Assembly (NCBI RefSeq): GCF_004010195.1
Contig: NC_057718.1
Span: 16,511,418 to 16,575,417, forward strand
Source of the DNA: Chiloscyllium plagiosum
Taxonomy: Eukaryota
Direction: 5' to 3'
DNA length: 64,000 bases
In this document: in pieces, positions 12,253-25,475 of the stretch
Layout of the letters: each line of letters starts with the position of its first letter
Position numbering within the stretch: position 1 is the stretch's first letter
Notes under the pieces: model-generated
What the model saw: only the letters and a program-made list of their open reading frames with translations
Databases searched by the model: none
What the model was told of the DNA's origin: nothing
Position numbers and translations under genes: made by a program

Positions 12253-13315
12253 TTCAAAGTTTGTGCGAAGATTTTTGCGAAGACAAACACATAACCTCAA
12301 CACCAAGGACAGGGAAGCACTGAAATCACTAAGAAACTATAAGAACATAATCATACTACCAGCAGATAAAGGCAGAATGACGGTCATCCTAGATAAATCT
12401 GATTACATCCAAAAAGCACAACAACTACTTGAAGATACCAACACCTACCAAAAGAGGGAGTTTGACCCCACCCCACAGCTCACCAATAGGATAAATAACA
12501 CACTAAGGAATCTACAAAAAAACGGACAGATAACCAGAGCTGACCTACAAAGAATGAAACCGGAAAGCAACAACACCCCCAGATTCTATGGATTACCTAA
12601 AGTACACAAACCTGACATCCCACTCAGATCCATAGTATCACTACCAGGGACACCATCATACAAACTGGCCAAAGAACTACAACAGAAACTGAAACACCTG
12701 GTAAGCGGATCCAAACACACTATACAAATCAACACAGGAATTCTTGGACATCATCAGAAATATACACGTAGACAAAGAAGAAACCATGATATCATTCGAC
12801 GTGACGGCACTGTTCACTTCGATTGACAAATCCCTAGCCAGAGAAACAATAGCCAACCTACTGGACATACAGAACAGAAAACAGGACGCTGAACCTATCA
12901 ACAAAGACGGCATATTTAAACTACTGGACTTGTGCCTCACAACACACTTCACATTCAACAACCAGATATACGAACAAATCAATGGAACACCCATGGGATC
13001 ACCAATCTTGGGACGCATAGCAGAGGCAGTTATGCAAAGGTTAGAACAAACAGTCCTACCACAAATTCAACCCAAACTCTGGGCCAGATACGTTGATGAC
13101 ACGTTTGTAATCATTAAAAACACAGAAATAGAAAAAACACACCGGATCATCAACACCACACTCACAGGAATCCGATTCACGAGAGAAGAAGAAAAGGATA
13201 GCCAACTCCCATTCCTAGACGTGATGGTACAGAGAACACCGAACGGAGAATTCACTACAAGAGTATACAGGAAAGCCACACACACAGACCAAATCCTAAA
13301 CTATGAAAGTAACCA

Positions 13316-13613
13316 NNNNNNNNNNNNNNNNNNNNNNNNNNNNNNNNNNNNNNNNNNNNNNNNNNNNNNNNNNNNNNNNNNNNNNNNNNNNNNNNNNNNN
13401 NNNNNNNNNNNNNNNNNNNNNNNNNNNNNNNNNNNNNNNNNNNNNNNNNNNNNNNNNNNNNNNNNNNNNNNNNNNNNNNNNNNNNNNNNNNNNNNNNNNN
13501 NNNNNNNNNNNNNNNNNNNNNNNNNNNNNNNNNNNNNNNNNNNNNNNNNNNNNNNNNNNNNNNNNNNNNNNNNNNNNNNNNNNNNNNNNNNNNNNNNNNN
13601 NNNNNNNNNNNNN
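13316..13613. other. Assembly gap (298 N)
   Basis: Run of N. Confidence 1.
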
Positions 13614-13897
13614 TTCTTAGTGATTTCAGTGCTTCCCTCTCCTTGGTGTTGGGAACAAGCAATATGAATTCGACTGGGACAACACTACTATCATAGGGCA
13701 AGCCAGACAGAGAACAGCCAGGGAATTCCTAGAGGCATGGCATTCATCCACAAACTCCATCAACAAACACATCGACCTGGACCCAATATACCAACCACTA
13801 CAGCGGACAGCTGAAACTGACAACCGGAAGCGGCAGGGACAGACCACTATAAACACCGGAGGAAACATCAAAGAAGCGCTTCGCAGGAGGCTCCCAA

Positions 13898-13937
13898 GCA
13901 CTGATGATGTCGCCTAGCCAGGGGACGAAACGTTTGC
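13898..13937 (+). ncRNA. Minimal type I hammerhead ribozyme motif in the PLE terminal repeat
   Basis: GCA-CTGATGA-T-GTCGCCT(AGCC)AGGGGAC-GAAAC-GTT-TGC: CUGANGA and GAAA core, 6/7-bp helix II, 3-bp helix I (GCA/TGC), palindromic AACGTT helix III. Confidence 0.75.
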
Positions 13938-14724
13938 AACAAAAACTTCCAGCTCGGCGAACAGAACCACAACAGCAATAATATCCTAGATAATTATCTC
14001 TCCATCCATCACAAGATATGCATCTGATCAATCATTTCCTCACTTTTAATGCTCTTGTCTCTTGCAAAATATTTTAGTATGCTTCATTTTCTCTGATATA
14101 ACTGTATGTTCACCTCTTTGAGTCAAAGGCACTGATTTGTGTGTACCTGGGTTACACAACTGGTTTAACATTCAGTAATAAATCTGGCAGGACCACATTT
14201 TTCAGGTCTTCCTGTTAACAGTCAAAATCATCCAATACTCTCAAAATCATTCTAGAGCCAAAGGTAACTCCAGTCTCCTTTACTATCAGCCATCATCTTA
14301 AGCACTCCACCTCTGCTCCTTCTGTCCCCATTTTCAACAAATGCAAAAAGCTCAACAACTTATTTCTTACTAAGATTGAGACCCCTACATTTACCTGCAC
14401 TTGGATTTAAATTCTGGAGACTTGCTGTAATCCCAGTCCTGGTCACTGCTGCCACTGGCACTGCTGGGACTACAATCAGATTGGTCGGTAGCACACTGAG
14501 GCAAGCCTTCTACCTGAGCGAGGGAAGAAAGTTCTATTTACAACCCACAGTGGAGCTACTGTGATGGGGGAGTATTCCTTGCTGACACTTTCATCAGTGA
14601 AGTGGGAAACTGCCATCTGAAAATTCCTGCCCCATAAGATTCCCCATCTGACCAAGCTATTTCTGCACATCTGTCTTATCTTTTAAAATCCTCCTCTTTG
14701 ATACTGCAATTGGTTACCCTTCCC

Positions 14725-15720
14725 AATCATAGAAGGAGATCAGTAAGTCCATTATGTTTAGCTCACTACAAAAGTACCTTAGCTCAACGGCAACCAGGGA
14801 CAGACATTAAATTTTGGTCAGCCAGCAATGCCCACATCACACGAACGAATATAAGCTGAATATAACCAGTCCCACATCCTACTTTGTAACCCAGCAATAT
14901 CTTTCTCCGCTAAATATACAACTCATTTTAGAATGTCTTAGTTGAACCTGTCTCCGACACACATACAATCCAGCTCCTAAACATTCATTGCAGTGAACGT
15001 TTATCTTCATCTCACCTCTAGGTTCTGAAGAAGGGTCACTGAACGCAAATCATTAACTCTGCTTTCTCTCTACAGATGCTGTCAGACTTGCTGAGCTTTT
15101 TCACCAATTTCTCTTTTTGTTTCATCTTTAGGCCCTTTTGTTTTAAACAGGTATCCTCTAATCTTTGTCCTTTCCACCAATTGAATATTTTCTCCTTAAC
15201 TACTCATCAAGATCCCTCATGACTTTGAGCATTCTATCATATCTTCCAAAAAGCACAGTCCCAGGTGACAGAAATTCAATAGACAATAGACAATAGGTGC
15301 AGGAGTAGGCCATTCTGCCCTTCGAGCCTGCACCACCATTCAATATGATCATGGGTGATCATCCTTAATCAGTATCCTGTTCTTGCCTTATCTCCATAAT
15401 CCTTGATTCCACAATCCTTGAGAGCTCTATCCATATCTTTCTTAAATGAATCCAGAGACTGGGCCTCCACTGCCCTCTGGGGCAGAGCATTCCACACACC
15501 CACCACTCTCTGGGTGAAAATTCCTCATCCCTAGAATCAGTGCCATTAATCTGCTCTGCACCCTCTCTAAAGTGCTTTCTAAAGTGTGACGCTCAGAATT
15601 GGATACAATGCTCCACTTGAGGCTGAACCAATGTTTTAAAATGATTCAAATAACTTCTCTGTCTTTTAAACTTTTTGTCACTATTTAGCAAGTCCAGATT
15701 CTCAAGCACCTTAAGATGTC
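14725..15720 (-). mobile_element. Old CR1-type LINE 3' fragment with nested insertions (SINE B tail ~14780-14850, PLE end 15022-15122, younger CR1 tail 15278-15520)
   Basis: Reverse CR1 motifs (CTCTGCACCCTCTCTAAA, CAGAATTGGATACAATGCTCCA). Younger tail begins AATAGACAATAGACAATAGGTGCAGGAGTAGGCC. PLE piece GGTTCTGAAGAAGGGTCAC. Confidence 0.7.
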
Positions 15721-17254
15721 TTCCTACATTAGCCTTGCCGTATAAGTGAAAATATTTAAAGAGTTAATTTCAATTTACGAAAACCATTTCCATTTAAACA
15801 GAATTCTAATACAGATGTGGGTGCTGAGTGTAGAATTCCATTCAGGGATAATATTTGGCTGACATCCTGTATGTGTCTAGTATTTATTCAATGGATTCGC
15901 TATAGGAGTGGGAACATTGGCCAGTTTCCTTCCCTAAAACCAGTTGTACAGTTTTTACCACCACAGCAACACAATCAGCTAACTTAAAACACAGCCAAGA
16001 TCAAACCTGGATCCTCAGCTATTTACATTTTAAACTGGCTGAGGCAGCAGAGGGGCCCTAATTACCAACAAATAATGACACTTTAGCCAGAGAGGTATCT
16101 TAAATGCCTCTCTCTATAAACCCCCAACCCAGTCATTCTACAAGAAGCCATTAATATCTGGGAGCTATGGGTGAAACCTGGTGTGAGAAAAAGTAAACAC
16201 AATAATTAACATAAATTAGTATCTAATTTTTCAAAAATTAGTTATACCTTTTCACTGTAAAATTAGTCAGTTGTAAAACAAAGTCTGTTGTTTCTGTTAA
16301 TTTTGTTTCTCCTTAATGCTTCCCGCTCCCACCACACCCCAATGTGAAAGTGGCAAGGCAACTAAAAATAACCATGTGTTCTGAAAAATAAATCAAAACG
16401 GAATTGGTGCTAAGCAACCAGAAAAGTCTATTCTGCTGAGGCAAAAATCATTTCTCTTTCCCAAATTTCCAATAGCAAAATGTTTGCAATGCACTCCATA
16501 AAGGTAAAGGAGTGGAAGAAAGAGGTAAAGAATCTTTGAGTAAAACTTGTGCTCTGACATTTACTGTGTTCACAGCAGCGCTGAAATTAGCAGCTCATTA
16601 TAAACACTTCTTATTCCAGGATCAACAAAACCTATTTCAAACAAAATTAGTAAAACTAATCAACTCGTTTTGCAAACCAAAGGAGACGATGCCATGTGTG
16701 TATACATCTTAATGTAGTTAACACTAGTCACAGAGGGTTAATCAGTTATACATTTCCAATTTAATTATGTTTAGAATTTAGCATTAAGCAAATTGCAACT
16801 GAACAATTATAGGTTTAAAACATATCTTTAAAAGTGCATGGCAATCATGCATGAGGATAAAAAAAAGCCTTTGACACTTGAGATTTCTTTCATAAAAGAT
16901 CTTTCAATCATTTTTTAAAATCCAAAAGCCACAAATATCTGCAATCATGTTTATGTCAATTACCACATGCTTTTTACAAAAAGAGAATAATGGGCATGCT
17001 TTTGGTGCTGTAACTTCCTAGAATTGTTGTAAATTTTGAAATAGAATGGAAAAAAAAGTCACATAACTTTTTAAAACCAGCAGGATTTAAAACAAAATGC
17101 ATCTTCATTTTATCTTTTCCTTGTTTTTTTTTATATTGCTTTTAACAATGCATCATTATATAGCCTTGTTCAATTTTCAAATGGTTAAGAGTTCTACTCA
17201 GATGGTTCAGGTCAGAGAAGCAACTGTTACAGAATGTGAACAATTCCTTCTTCT

Positions 17255-17395
17255 GATAGTTATCCAGTGACCCCTGCTGGAAAGTGCACGTCAGGTTTAC
17301 GGACAAAATTGCTCCTGACTGTGATTGACATGAAGAATATAATATGAATGAATGCTGGAAGACTGCTGGCCTGTGGAGCCAGGTTCTTTGCAAAA
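17255..17395 (+). mobile_element. Fragment of an ancient dispersed SINE-like repeat (family C, unnamed)
   Basis: TATCCAGTGACCCCTGCTGGAAAGTGCAC..CATGAAGAAT; diverged reverse counterpart at 30890-31235. Confidence 0.45.
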
Positions 17396-17884
17396 GGTAA
17401 ACAAATTTTGCTTCTTCATAGACTTATTTCTTGGTCAGTAACTGAGGTAGTAATGGGTCAGATGCACAAGGCTCTTCACTGTAGTACCTTTTCTCATGCT
17501 AAGGAAATGTTCAACTGGTGATTGACCCTTGGTATCACTCAACAAACCCAAACATTCTTATTGATGCTTGAGAGGATAACTAATGCGTGACATTGATGTT
17601 TTTAAATTTTAATACATTTATTCATGTATTCCAGGAATTTATTTTGCGTGAATACAAATAAGTTTTGTAGTTACCACTGAGGGCAATTTCTGTCACAGCA
17701 TTCTCTTTGTAGCCATTTCTTCATCACCGAACACTACTCGTTCTTAACTGTTAGCTTGTATAACTCCTTGTTAACATGAGGAAGTGGCTTATTTCCCAGG
17801 GTCAGCAACATCTTTCTGAAGCAAGTGCATTAAATACGAAGTTAATAAGCTTTTGTCCAGCAATCATGTCTTTTGTTTTAGTCT

Positions 17885-18240
17885 CTCATGGAATGTCGGT
17901 GTCACTGACAAGGTCACCATATAGGCCATCCCTAACTGCCCTTGAATAGAGTGGCTTGCAGTCCTGGAGAGGGCAGTTACAAGTCAACTGCATTGTTCAA
18001 CTTCAGATCCGCAGCACAGACCAGACCAAGTGCGGATGGCAGACTTTCTTCCATAAAAGGTTTGTGAAGAAGATGACATTTTATTGGCAATCGATAATGG
18101 TTTCAGGGCACTTGAGACTTGATTTCAATTCCAAATCTTGATAATTGAATTTAAATTCTACTGCCTGCCATAGTGAGATTTGAACCTAGGCATGAACCTG
18201 AATTACTAGTCCCGCATCATTACCACATTACCAACTCCCA
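17885..18240 (-). mobile_element. SINE family B, diverged copy
   Basis: GCCATCCCTAACTGCCCTTGAA..AGTCAACTGCATTG..GAGATTTGAACC, colinear with 11860-12252. Confidence 0.7.
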
Positions 18241-21200
18241 AACTTATTTTGAATACAGTGCTATAACATTAAGAAACCCCAAATAGTATCCTCAGAGAAA
18301 CTGAAAACTCTGGATTTGAACTTCCAAAGGTAAACACTGATGGTGCTGGAAAATGGAGGGTGCCTTTTTTCTATGTTCTTCCCCATTTTGGGAAGGCAGT
18401 CACAAATAAAATTGGACCAATGAGCCTACAAAATCATGGTACTTCAGAGTTATAACTTATACTTTGAATTTTCTTTGTGTGAATGGAGTAAATTCAGAAC
18501 TGCAGTTCTCCTATCACACTGCAGCTGTTGGATATAAATGTACCATCAGACATCTGAACTTGTGGCTCAAGTGGGTAACAATAACTCATAAGTCAGCCAC
18601 TTCTTTGCTGCAGAACAGAATCCCAAGGCTTTTCACACGAGGTATGAACAAAATGTCAAATGTGGAGATGTTACTAAGGCTTGATCAAAGAGGTGGCTCA
18701 CATGCCTGTGTAACAAAACTGAATTTTTGAAAATGTCAGACATGATAAAAGTGCAGGGTGTTAAGTCAGCTTCAAGACATGGTTCCTGGCATCATCAATA
18801 ATCATCAGGACATGGGATGGCGAAACAAGTTTCCCACTCACCTCCCAATTAAGGCCAATTAAAGTTGTTTAAAGTTCTTTAAGAATTTGTCAAGGTTTGT
18901 AACTTAAATCCGAAAGAGGCACATTGGGTACTCACTGAGAGACCAGCTGAAGGCAGGTGGTGGGTAAAGAGTCAGTCATGACTGTCCCAGGATATTACTC
19001 CGAGTCCACAAGGTGTGTGGCGCAAAGAGATGTAGGTAAGGAGATGCCTTTGGTCATGTACAGGTGAAAGGAAGAATGGACACTCAGTACCCCGGCTTTG
19101 AACAGGGTCAGCACCACTTGGCATATTAAGGAGAGGAGTACAAGGGGCAGAACTATTAAGTGAAACTGGAAGACTTTGCCCAGAAAGAAGACTCTACCAG
19201 TCAATGGGGCATGACCACCAGCTGATTGCCAGTGGCAATGTGATGCATAACCCTCTGCAGGAAGGGAAAAACCTCAATAATTTGCTCAATGAAAACCTAT
19301 CTCCAAGCCAACCGAGAGCTGTTTTAATCTGACCACTGGTGGATCTCTCACCTGAAAACAGACCTGGATTCTTTTCCCATTTCCATCATGTAATTTCTGC
19401 CCATGAAGTGTTATCACCGAAGGTAGTACAGCTGATGGTCTCAGGAGAAAGGTTCAAAAATATACTCTGCTGAATTTTGTACTGTTCCTAAAGGGTCCTG
19501 GATATCACACTGTAGTGATCATTGCCAGATTTGCATTAACTGAATACAAGCAGGTGAGACCAATTTTCAACATTCTTACTTAAGAGAAAATCAGAAAATC
19601 CACAAACTGCAGAAGTCCACCACAATAATATTTCAGTGCAGAAAGAAGTTTATAAAACTAAATGTATGTTCTTATTTGTTTTGCTTATTTGATTTGAAAC
19701 TTGTGATCGAGTGGACAGCATTCAACATAAGCAGGTGTTCCATCTGTACTCTTACATCAACTCTACGCATTTCAAGAACTTGCTCTCCAAAACATTATGT
19801 TGAAAAATTAAACATTTGCCACAACAAATAACTTGCGGTCAATAGCGCAGTGCTCCTCTGGCATGGAGAGCATGCAAACTAACAGTCTTTTTGCTCACAG
19901 CACATGCTTGAGGATTCAGCAACCAGACATTTTCCCCTATTCACGGCATAATGAAGGAAGGGGTGCAGGATCTCAGACCTCAGAGTACTTCATCTACCCT
20001 ATCCTCACTCTGCCCATGTTCCAGTGCTAATGATTATTCATTTTTACTTCAATGGACTTCCTTTCTCTCCTACTGTTTCTCAATCACAGTGAGGGGTGTT
20101 GGGGGAATGCACAGCTCAGAAGAACTATTGGTCTCAAATCAACCGATGTTAAACAAGGGTAATGTACAGCCAAAGTTTTAAAATCAAAAGCTTACTTTTA
20201 TCGATTCTTTTTTCCCTCTGATTGCTCACAGTTTTCTGAAAATTAATCATTCATTCCCAGAGACTCTAGGCTAATCCTAGAGATTTGGCAAGCCTGCAAG
20301 AAGGCCCCAAGATGAAACAACATAGATACTGAAGAGAAGTAAATCGGAACCGTTGGACAGGAAGAGATTGGAGATCATTAGAGGGGCTGAGGGCTTGGGT
20401 TTTTTGGACAGGCAAGGAGAAACAAAGAAGGGAATAACATCTTAGGAGTAAAGATGCTGTAGATGCACATAGGGCACCCCTAAAGGATGTATCCCCCTCT
20501 TCTATCCTGCTTTTTAACCAGCTAGGTGAAAAAAAATTCTTCCCATTCACCTCCTCTTCCAATGGTATCACGGCATAAGTAGCATAAAATTTGGATCAAT
20601 TGCCTGGTAACAATCTCAGTTGCATTTTGTTAAATGGACCAGCATCAGGGACAGACAGAAAGGCAGTGGGATAGCCACCCGATCCTTACACACAGTCTGT
20701 AAAATCCAGTCTATTGTATGGATCAGTGTCTTGCTGTTGAGCGTGCTGGGACTTGGGCATCGGGCCCAGATTTGGGGAAAGAAAATATAATTCTTTTCAT
20801 ATGATCCTTGAAATTAGACTCTGAGATCCTAAGGATCCAGTAGACTTGATTGTAAAGTCCTGATTCAGGAGACGATAACAACAGAAAAAAAACGCAATTA
20901 ACTTACCTTCAAATTTTCAAAATGTATAAGAGGGCTGAAAGGTGAGAAATTAATTGAGTAATATTCAGAGGTGATCTTCAACTTCATCAATCAATAGATG
21001 ACAGAAGTCTCTATTGTTTTGAGGTGTTCTTCCCTACTAGAATATCACCATTAGGAACTTTTAGTAAACAAAGTGAACATTTATGTGCAATGGAGCAGCA
21101 AAATATTGAAAGTCCTAATCCCATATAAAAATGCATTTTGATGCAAATTAAACAGTAAAAACACAATTCCTCCCTACATTAAATAAATCACAAGCATATA

Positions 21201-21949
21201 TTCCATGTGGAAGCATCTTGTTATACCTAGAACACACCACTGTTAGCAGTCCAATGCTTCTACTTCATTATTACACAATGGTATCCAGAATGCCCAACAC
21301 TGCCTCTGACAGACACTATTTGTTATATTTGCACACTGTGTTACCTACAAACACCCTCACCTGCTGTCAAAACATATTCCGCGCTGTGCCTTGCATGAGT
21401 CAGTACTCCACAATGGATTGATTAAGCCAGCAGGAGTGGCAGGACTTGGCTGCTCCCTCTGTCACTCCACAGTGATATACACAGCAATGACTGTGGATCA
21501 GCTGGCAACTGGCTAGATTTTACCTAGAAAAGTGCTGTCAAAACTACCGTAACAATATTATGAAGGGTCAAATTTGGAAGGTTTTTGTGGTATAAAATAT
21601 TGTAATATAGAACGTGTACAATAATTCCAACCAAATTCATTAACAAATACCTATATGATTTGAAATGGCAGATTTTGCAACATTGCTGAAGTCATATGAA
21701 TGTTACGAATGAATCCCAAAATATTTTGTTATAAAACCACCTAAAGCCATTTGGGGAGTTGGGAGAGCAAGTGTAAGAATGGACAACAAGGACAGGGTAA
21801 TTGATGAGACAGGGTAATATGAGCAACAGAACATTAGATATATCAAAATACATTGAGAAGGTAAAGATAATGGGAAGAAAGGACTGAAATTGTCAAGTAT
21901 GGAGTTGGCAAAATATGGACATACATAAAGCCTCATCACGTCTCTCAGG

Positions 21950-22375
21950 ATAATCTCAAAGGACTTTGCATTTAAAGAATTTGTTTGTAATGTTTAGCAT
22001 GTAGGCAAATGAGGCAGCATTATGCATTGTGCAAGGTCCCACAATTAATATATTTTGGTTACAGGAGGGATTGCCACCAGGAGAATGGGAGAACTACTGT
22101 CATTCTTCAGATAGTGTCTTGGCAATTGCCAAGACACTATCATTTGAAATCAAAATGTGGGCAGGTATCAAAGCATGGGATCTGTCATCCGAATGACAGT
22201 TCTAATTGTTCTCTCAGTATTCAAAAACCTGGTGCTGTGTGATCTGTAACTTTGTACACCCCAGTCCAACACCCACTCCAAATCATGACTTCAATACTAG
22301 TGTCAGCCTAGAGCAGAATTTGAAAATACAATGTCCTGATTCAAGTGACAAAAAAATGAATTTCAGTTAAGCAAG
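21950..22375 (-). mobile_element. DeuSINE-like (SacSINE1/AmnSINE-type) relic, interrupted by a PLE family A fragment at ~22227-22290
   Basis: Reverse Deu-domain-like motifs GCAAGGTCCCACAA, GGGAGAACTAC..CTTCAGATAGTG, TCATCCGAATGACAG, GTGTCAGCCTAGA (recalled consensus). Confidence 0.55.
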
Positions 22376-23961
22376 CTCTGTGTGGGTGAGTTCTTGAAGT
22401 GGATTTGACAGGCTGAATGGCTGGAAACCTGATTTACAGCACCCAATCAATGAGAGGAGATAAATGTATCAGAGGATGCAAAAGAGACCGTGGGGTAGAG
22501 ATCCTGATTGTGGTGGGGGGGAACTTCCTTAGAAGTCCAGCAGTCCTACTGTCATTAAAGGGAACAGAGATTATATGGAACAGGAGAATTTACAAGACTG
22601 AAGCACCTTGTGGCCAAAGCATACTCCTCTTCACCCACAAGTGCTCTAAAAGTACTTGCTAAAGGATTCAGACTTTCTCAACCTGACCATTTGTGGTTAA
22701 AAGTAGTGGCTGTCATAATTAAGGTGGCAACCTCGTTATAATAATCAAATAGTCGATTTGCTTCCAGTGCATCAGCCTGCCTCTATAAACCAGGAAATGA
22801 TGGGTTTGGTTCCTGTCCCAACTATTTTGATTTTGACTTTTCAACCTCTGAAATATGTTTATGAGTTGTGCTATTGTGCTGCCAGTGAACTAGTTTGACA
22901 CATGCTTTTGACCCGAGAGGGAAGCAAACTGTTTTAATATTTCGCTGCTGAGTAAGTCAATTAGCAATCATAAAGACCAAGGGTCAGAATAGCAGATCCA
23001 CCTGATAGCATTTCAAATACTGCATTGATTGAAAGTCAACAGTTTAACCTTCGGAATTTAAAAAAAATATAATTTTCAATGACTTGAATAATTTCTTTTC
23101 ACCCAGCATTGGAAACCATCACATCTTGTTCTCATGTTTTTATGCAATCTAGTGTTGCTGGACATCATTTTCCTATATATTTTGTGACAATAAGGCAGTA
23201 CATTGGTGTCATGCTGAGTACTCAAGGGTTTAGTTGTGCTCCTTAACATCCTCTGGCTGTCAGTCACTGTCACAAATGTTACAGGTTAAAGCTATAATTT
23301 ATACGTCCTTTATTCCTGAAGAAAACCTAATTTAGACATCCTGCAAGGCAGAGTTCACTGTAGGAGGTTGATTAAATTATATCAATGTCCAACAGCTAAA
23401 CTAACAAATACAATAACTGGCCTTCTTTTACTGGCACACATCTTAATTAGGTTTTAATGCAGAAAAGCTGATAACTAACCTTGGCCAAACAAAGCAGTGT
23501 TGTTATTCCTGAAAGCACAGCCCTGAGCTCCACCCTCTATATGCAGCAGTGGAAGCTCCCCTGCTGACCCTTGTCAAAGGACCCCATCTGGTGGTTCCCA
23601 TGTTAACTGATGTCTTTAAGTTGGGTTTCACGCACAGCAGAAAGACAAAAATGCTGGGAACCAATAATGCTTTTAAATTCTGCAATAAATTGTGCAATAA
23701 AGTCACAGTACCAGAACATTGGGAAATGGGTTAACAAGGAACCCTACAGTACAGTATAAAACAGAACACAAACCCATCAATAACAAATCTGTGTAATGTA
23801 CAAATAGCAGAGTTAGGCAGATATAATACAGCAATGCTAATTTACAAATAAGTTTTCCTCCAATGTTTACTGATTACTGCAGCATTTTGAAATTTTTAAT
23901 GCCAATTTCACATTATAACATTAATATTAGATAGATCAGGAGTGAAATTCCTGACCAAATG

Positions 23962-25475
23962 ACCATAAGAAATAGGAACAGGAGTAGGCCATTCAGCCCC
24001 TCGAGCCTGCTCTGCCATTCGACATTTTTCATGGCCATTTGTGTGCACTTTCCCTGTATATCTTCATTCCCCTATTGATCAAGAATCTGTCTCAGCCTTG
24101 AATATATACAAGGACAGTGCCCCCACAGCTCGCTGTGGCAAAGAGTTCCAAAGACTCAAAATCCTCTGAAAGAAGAAATTCCTCCTCATCTCTGTCTTAA
24201 ATTGGTGTTACTTTATTCTGAGACTATGCCCTCTGGTCCTAGACTGTCCCATGAGGGCAGTATTCTCTCAGCATTTACACCAAGTCCTTTAAGAATCTAA
24301 ATCCTTAAATAAAGGGACCTAAACTGCTCACAGTACTCTAGGTATGGCCTCACCACACCTTGTCAGTTGTAGAAAGCTTTCCCTATTCTTATACTCCAAC
24401 CATCTTGAAAAAAGGATCAACATCCATTAGCCTTTTTGATTACTTGCTGTGCCTGTGTGCTAGCTTTCTGTGTTTCATGCAGAAGTACCTTTGTGTTGTA
24501 CCTTTGTGCATTTTTTCTTCATTTAAATAACATGCTGTTCTTTTGTTCTCTCCTCCAAAATAAATAGCTTCACATTTTCCCATATTATTCTCCATTTGTC
24601 AACTTTTAGCCCACTTCAATATCTCTCTGTAAAGTTAAAAATCACACAACACCAGGTTATAGTCCAACAGGTTTAATTGGAAGCACACTAGCTTTCGGAG
24701 CGGTGCTCCTTCATCATGTGGTTGTCACAACCACCTGATAAAGGAGTGGTGCTCCGAAAGCTAGTGTGCTTCCAATTAAACCTGTTGGACTATAACCTGG
24801 TGATGTGTGATTTTTAACTCTCTGTAAAGTGTTTGTATCCATCGCATTATTTGCCTTTCCACCTATTTTTGGGGTCATCTGCAAATTTGGCTATCATACA
24901 TTCACTTCCTTCCTCCAAGTCATTAATGTATACTGTAAACAATTGCAGTCCCAGCCCTGATCCCTATGGAACCTAACTGGTTACAGGTCACCAACCTGAA
25001 AAAGAACCCCTTATCCTCACTCACTGTTTCCTGCCCATTAACCAATTCTCTATCTGTGCCAATATAGTACCTCCAACACCATGGGCTCTTATCTCCTGAC
25101 TTACCCTTACAGGTACCTTGTCAAATGCCTTCTGGAAGTTTAAATACAATACATCTACTTGTTCCCTTCTATCCATTCTAGTTGAGAATTCTTCAAAAAA
25201 ATTCTAGCAAATTAGTCAAACAAGATTTCCCTTTCATGAAGCCAAACTAACTCTGTTTGCTTAGATTATAATGTGCTGCTATCACTTCCTTAATAATTGA
25301 TTCCAATTCTTTTTCAACCATAAATGTTAGGCTATCAACCTGTAGTTACCCAAGGATCTTTGGAAAATTACAACCAATGCATCCACTGTCTCTGCAGCTA
25401 CTTGTTTAAGATCCTAGGATGCAAGCCACCAGGGCTAAGGGACTAATCTACCTTTAGCCCCATTAGTTTAACCAA
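23962..25475 (-). mobile_element. CR1-type LINE, degraded RT and 3' end
   Basis: Starts ACCATAAGAAATAGGAACAGGAGTAGGCC; reverse of FADD (GTCATCTGCAAA) and PQGS-like (CCCTGATCCCTATGGAAC) codons. Confidence 0.85.
24636..24817. mobile_element. Fold-back PLE-derived element, family A, nested in CR1
   Basis: Near-perfect palindrome; TSD CTCTCTGTAAAGT at 24623-24635 and 24818-24830. Confidence 0.88.

Larger units (their letters stand above)
12253..13972 (+). mobile_element. Young 5'-truncated Penelope-like element (Poseidon/Penelope-like) with RT, GIY-YIG C-terminus and terminal repeat
   Basis: ORFs 12263-12826 (PADKG, PRFYGLPKVHK) and 12744-13315 (SFDVTALFT, GTPMGSP, RYVDD, LPFLD), joined by one frameshift. 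FDW..REFLEAWHS after the gap. TSD CAGCAATAATA at 12242-12252 and 13973-13983. Confidence 0.92.

Noticed and set aside
12263..13972. Intact autonomous retroelement or telomerase-like host gene
   Set aside because: It is 5'-truncated, frameshifted near 12730 and rearranged. ORFs crossing 13316-13613 are artefacts of the N run.
24636..24817. pre-miRNA or classical MITE
   Set aside because: Multi-copy, with a 13-bp TSD, a one-sided tail in sister copies and a hammerhead core, which fits a PLE origin better.
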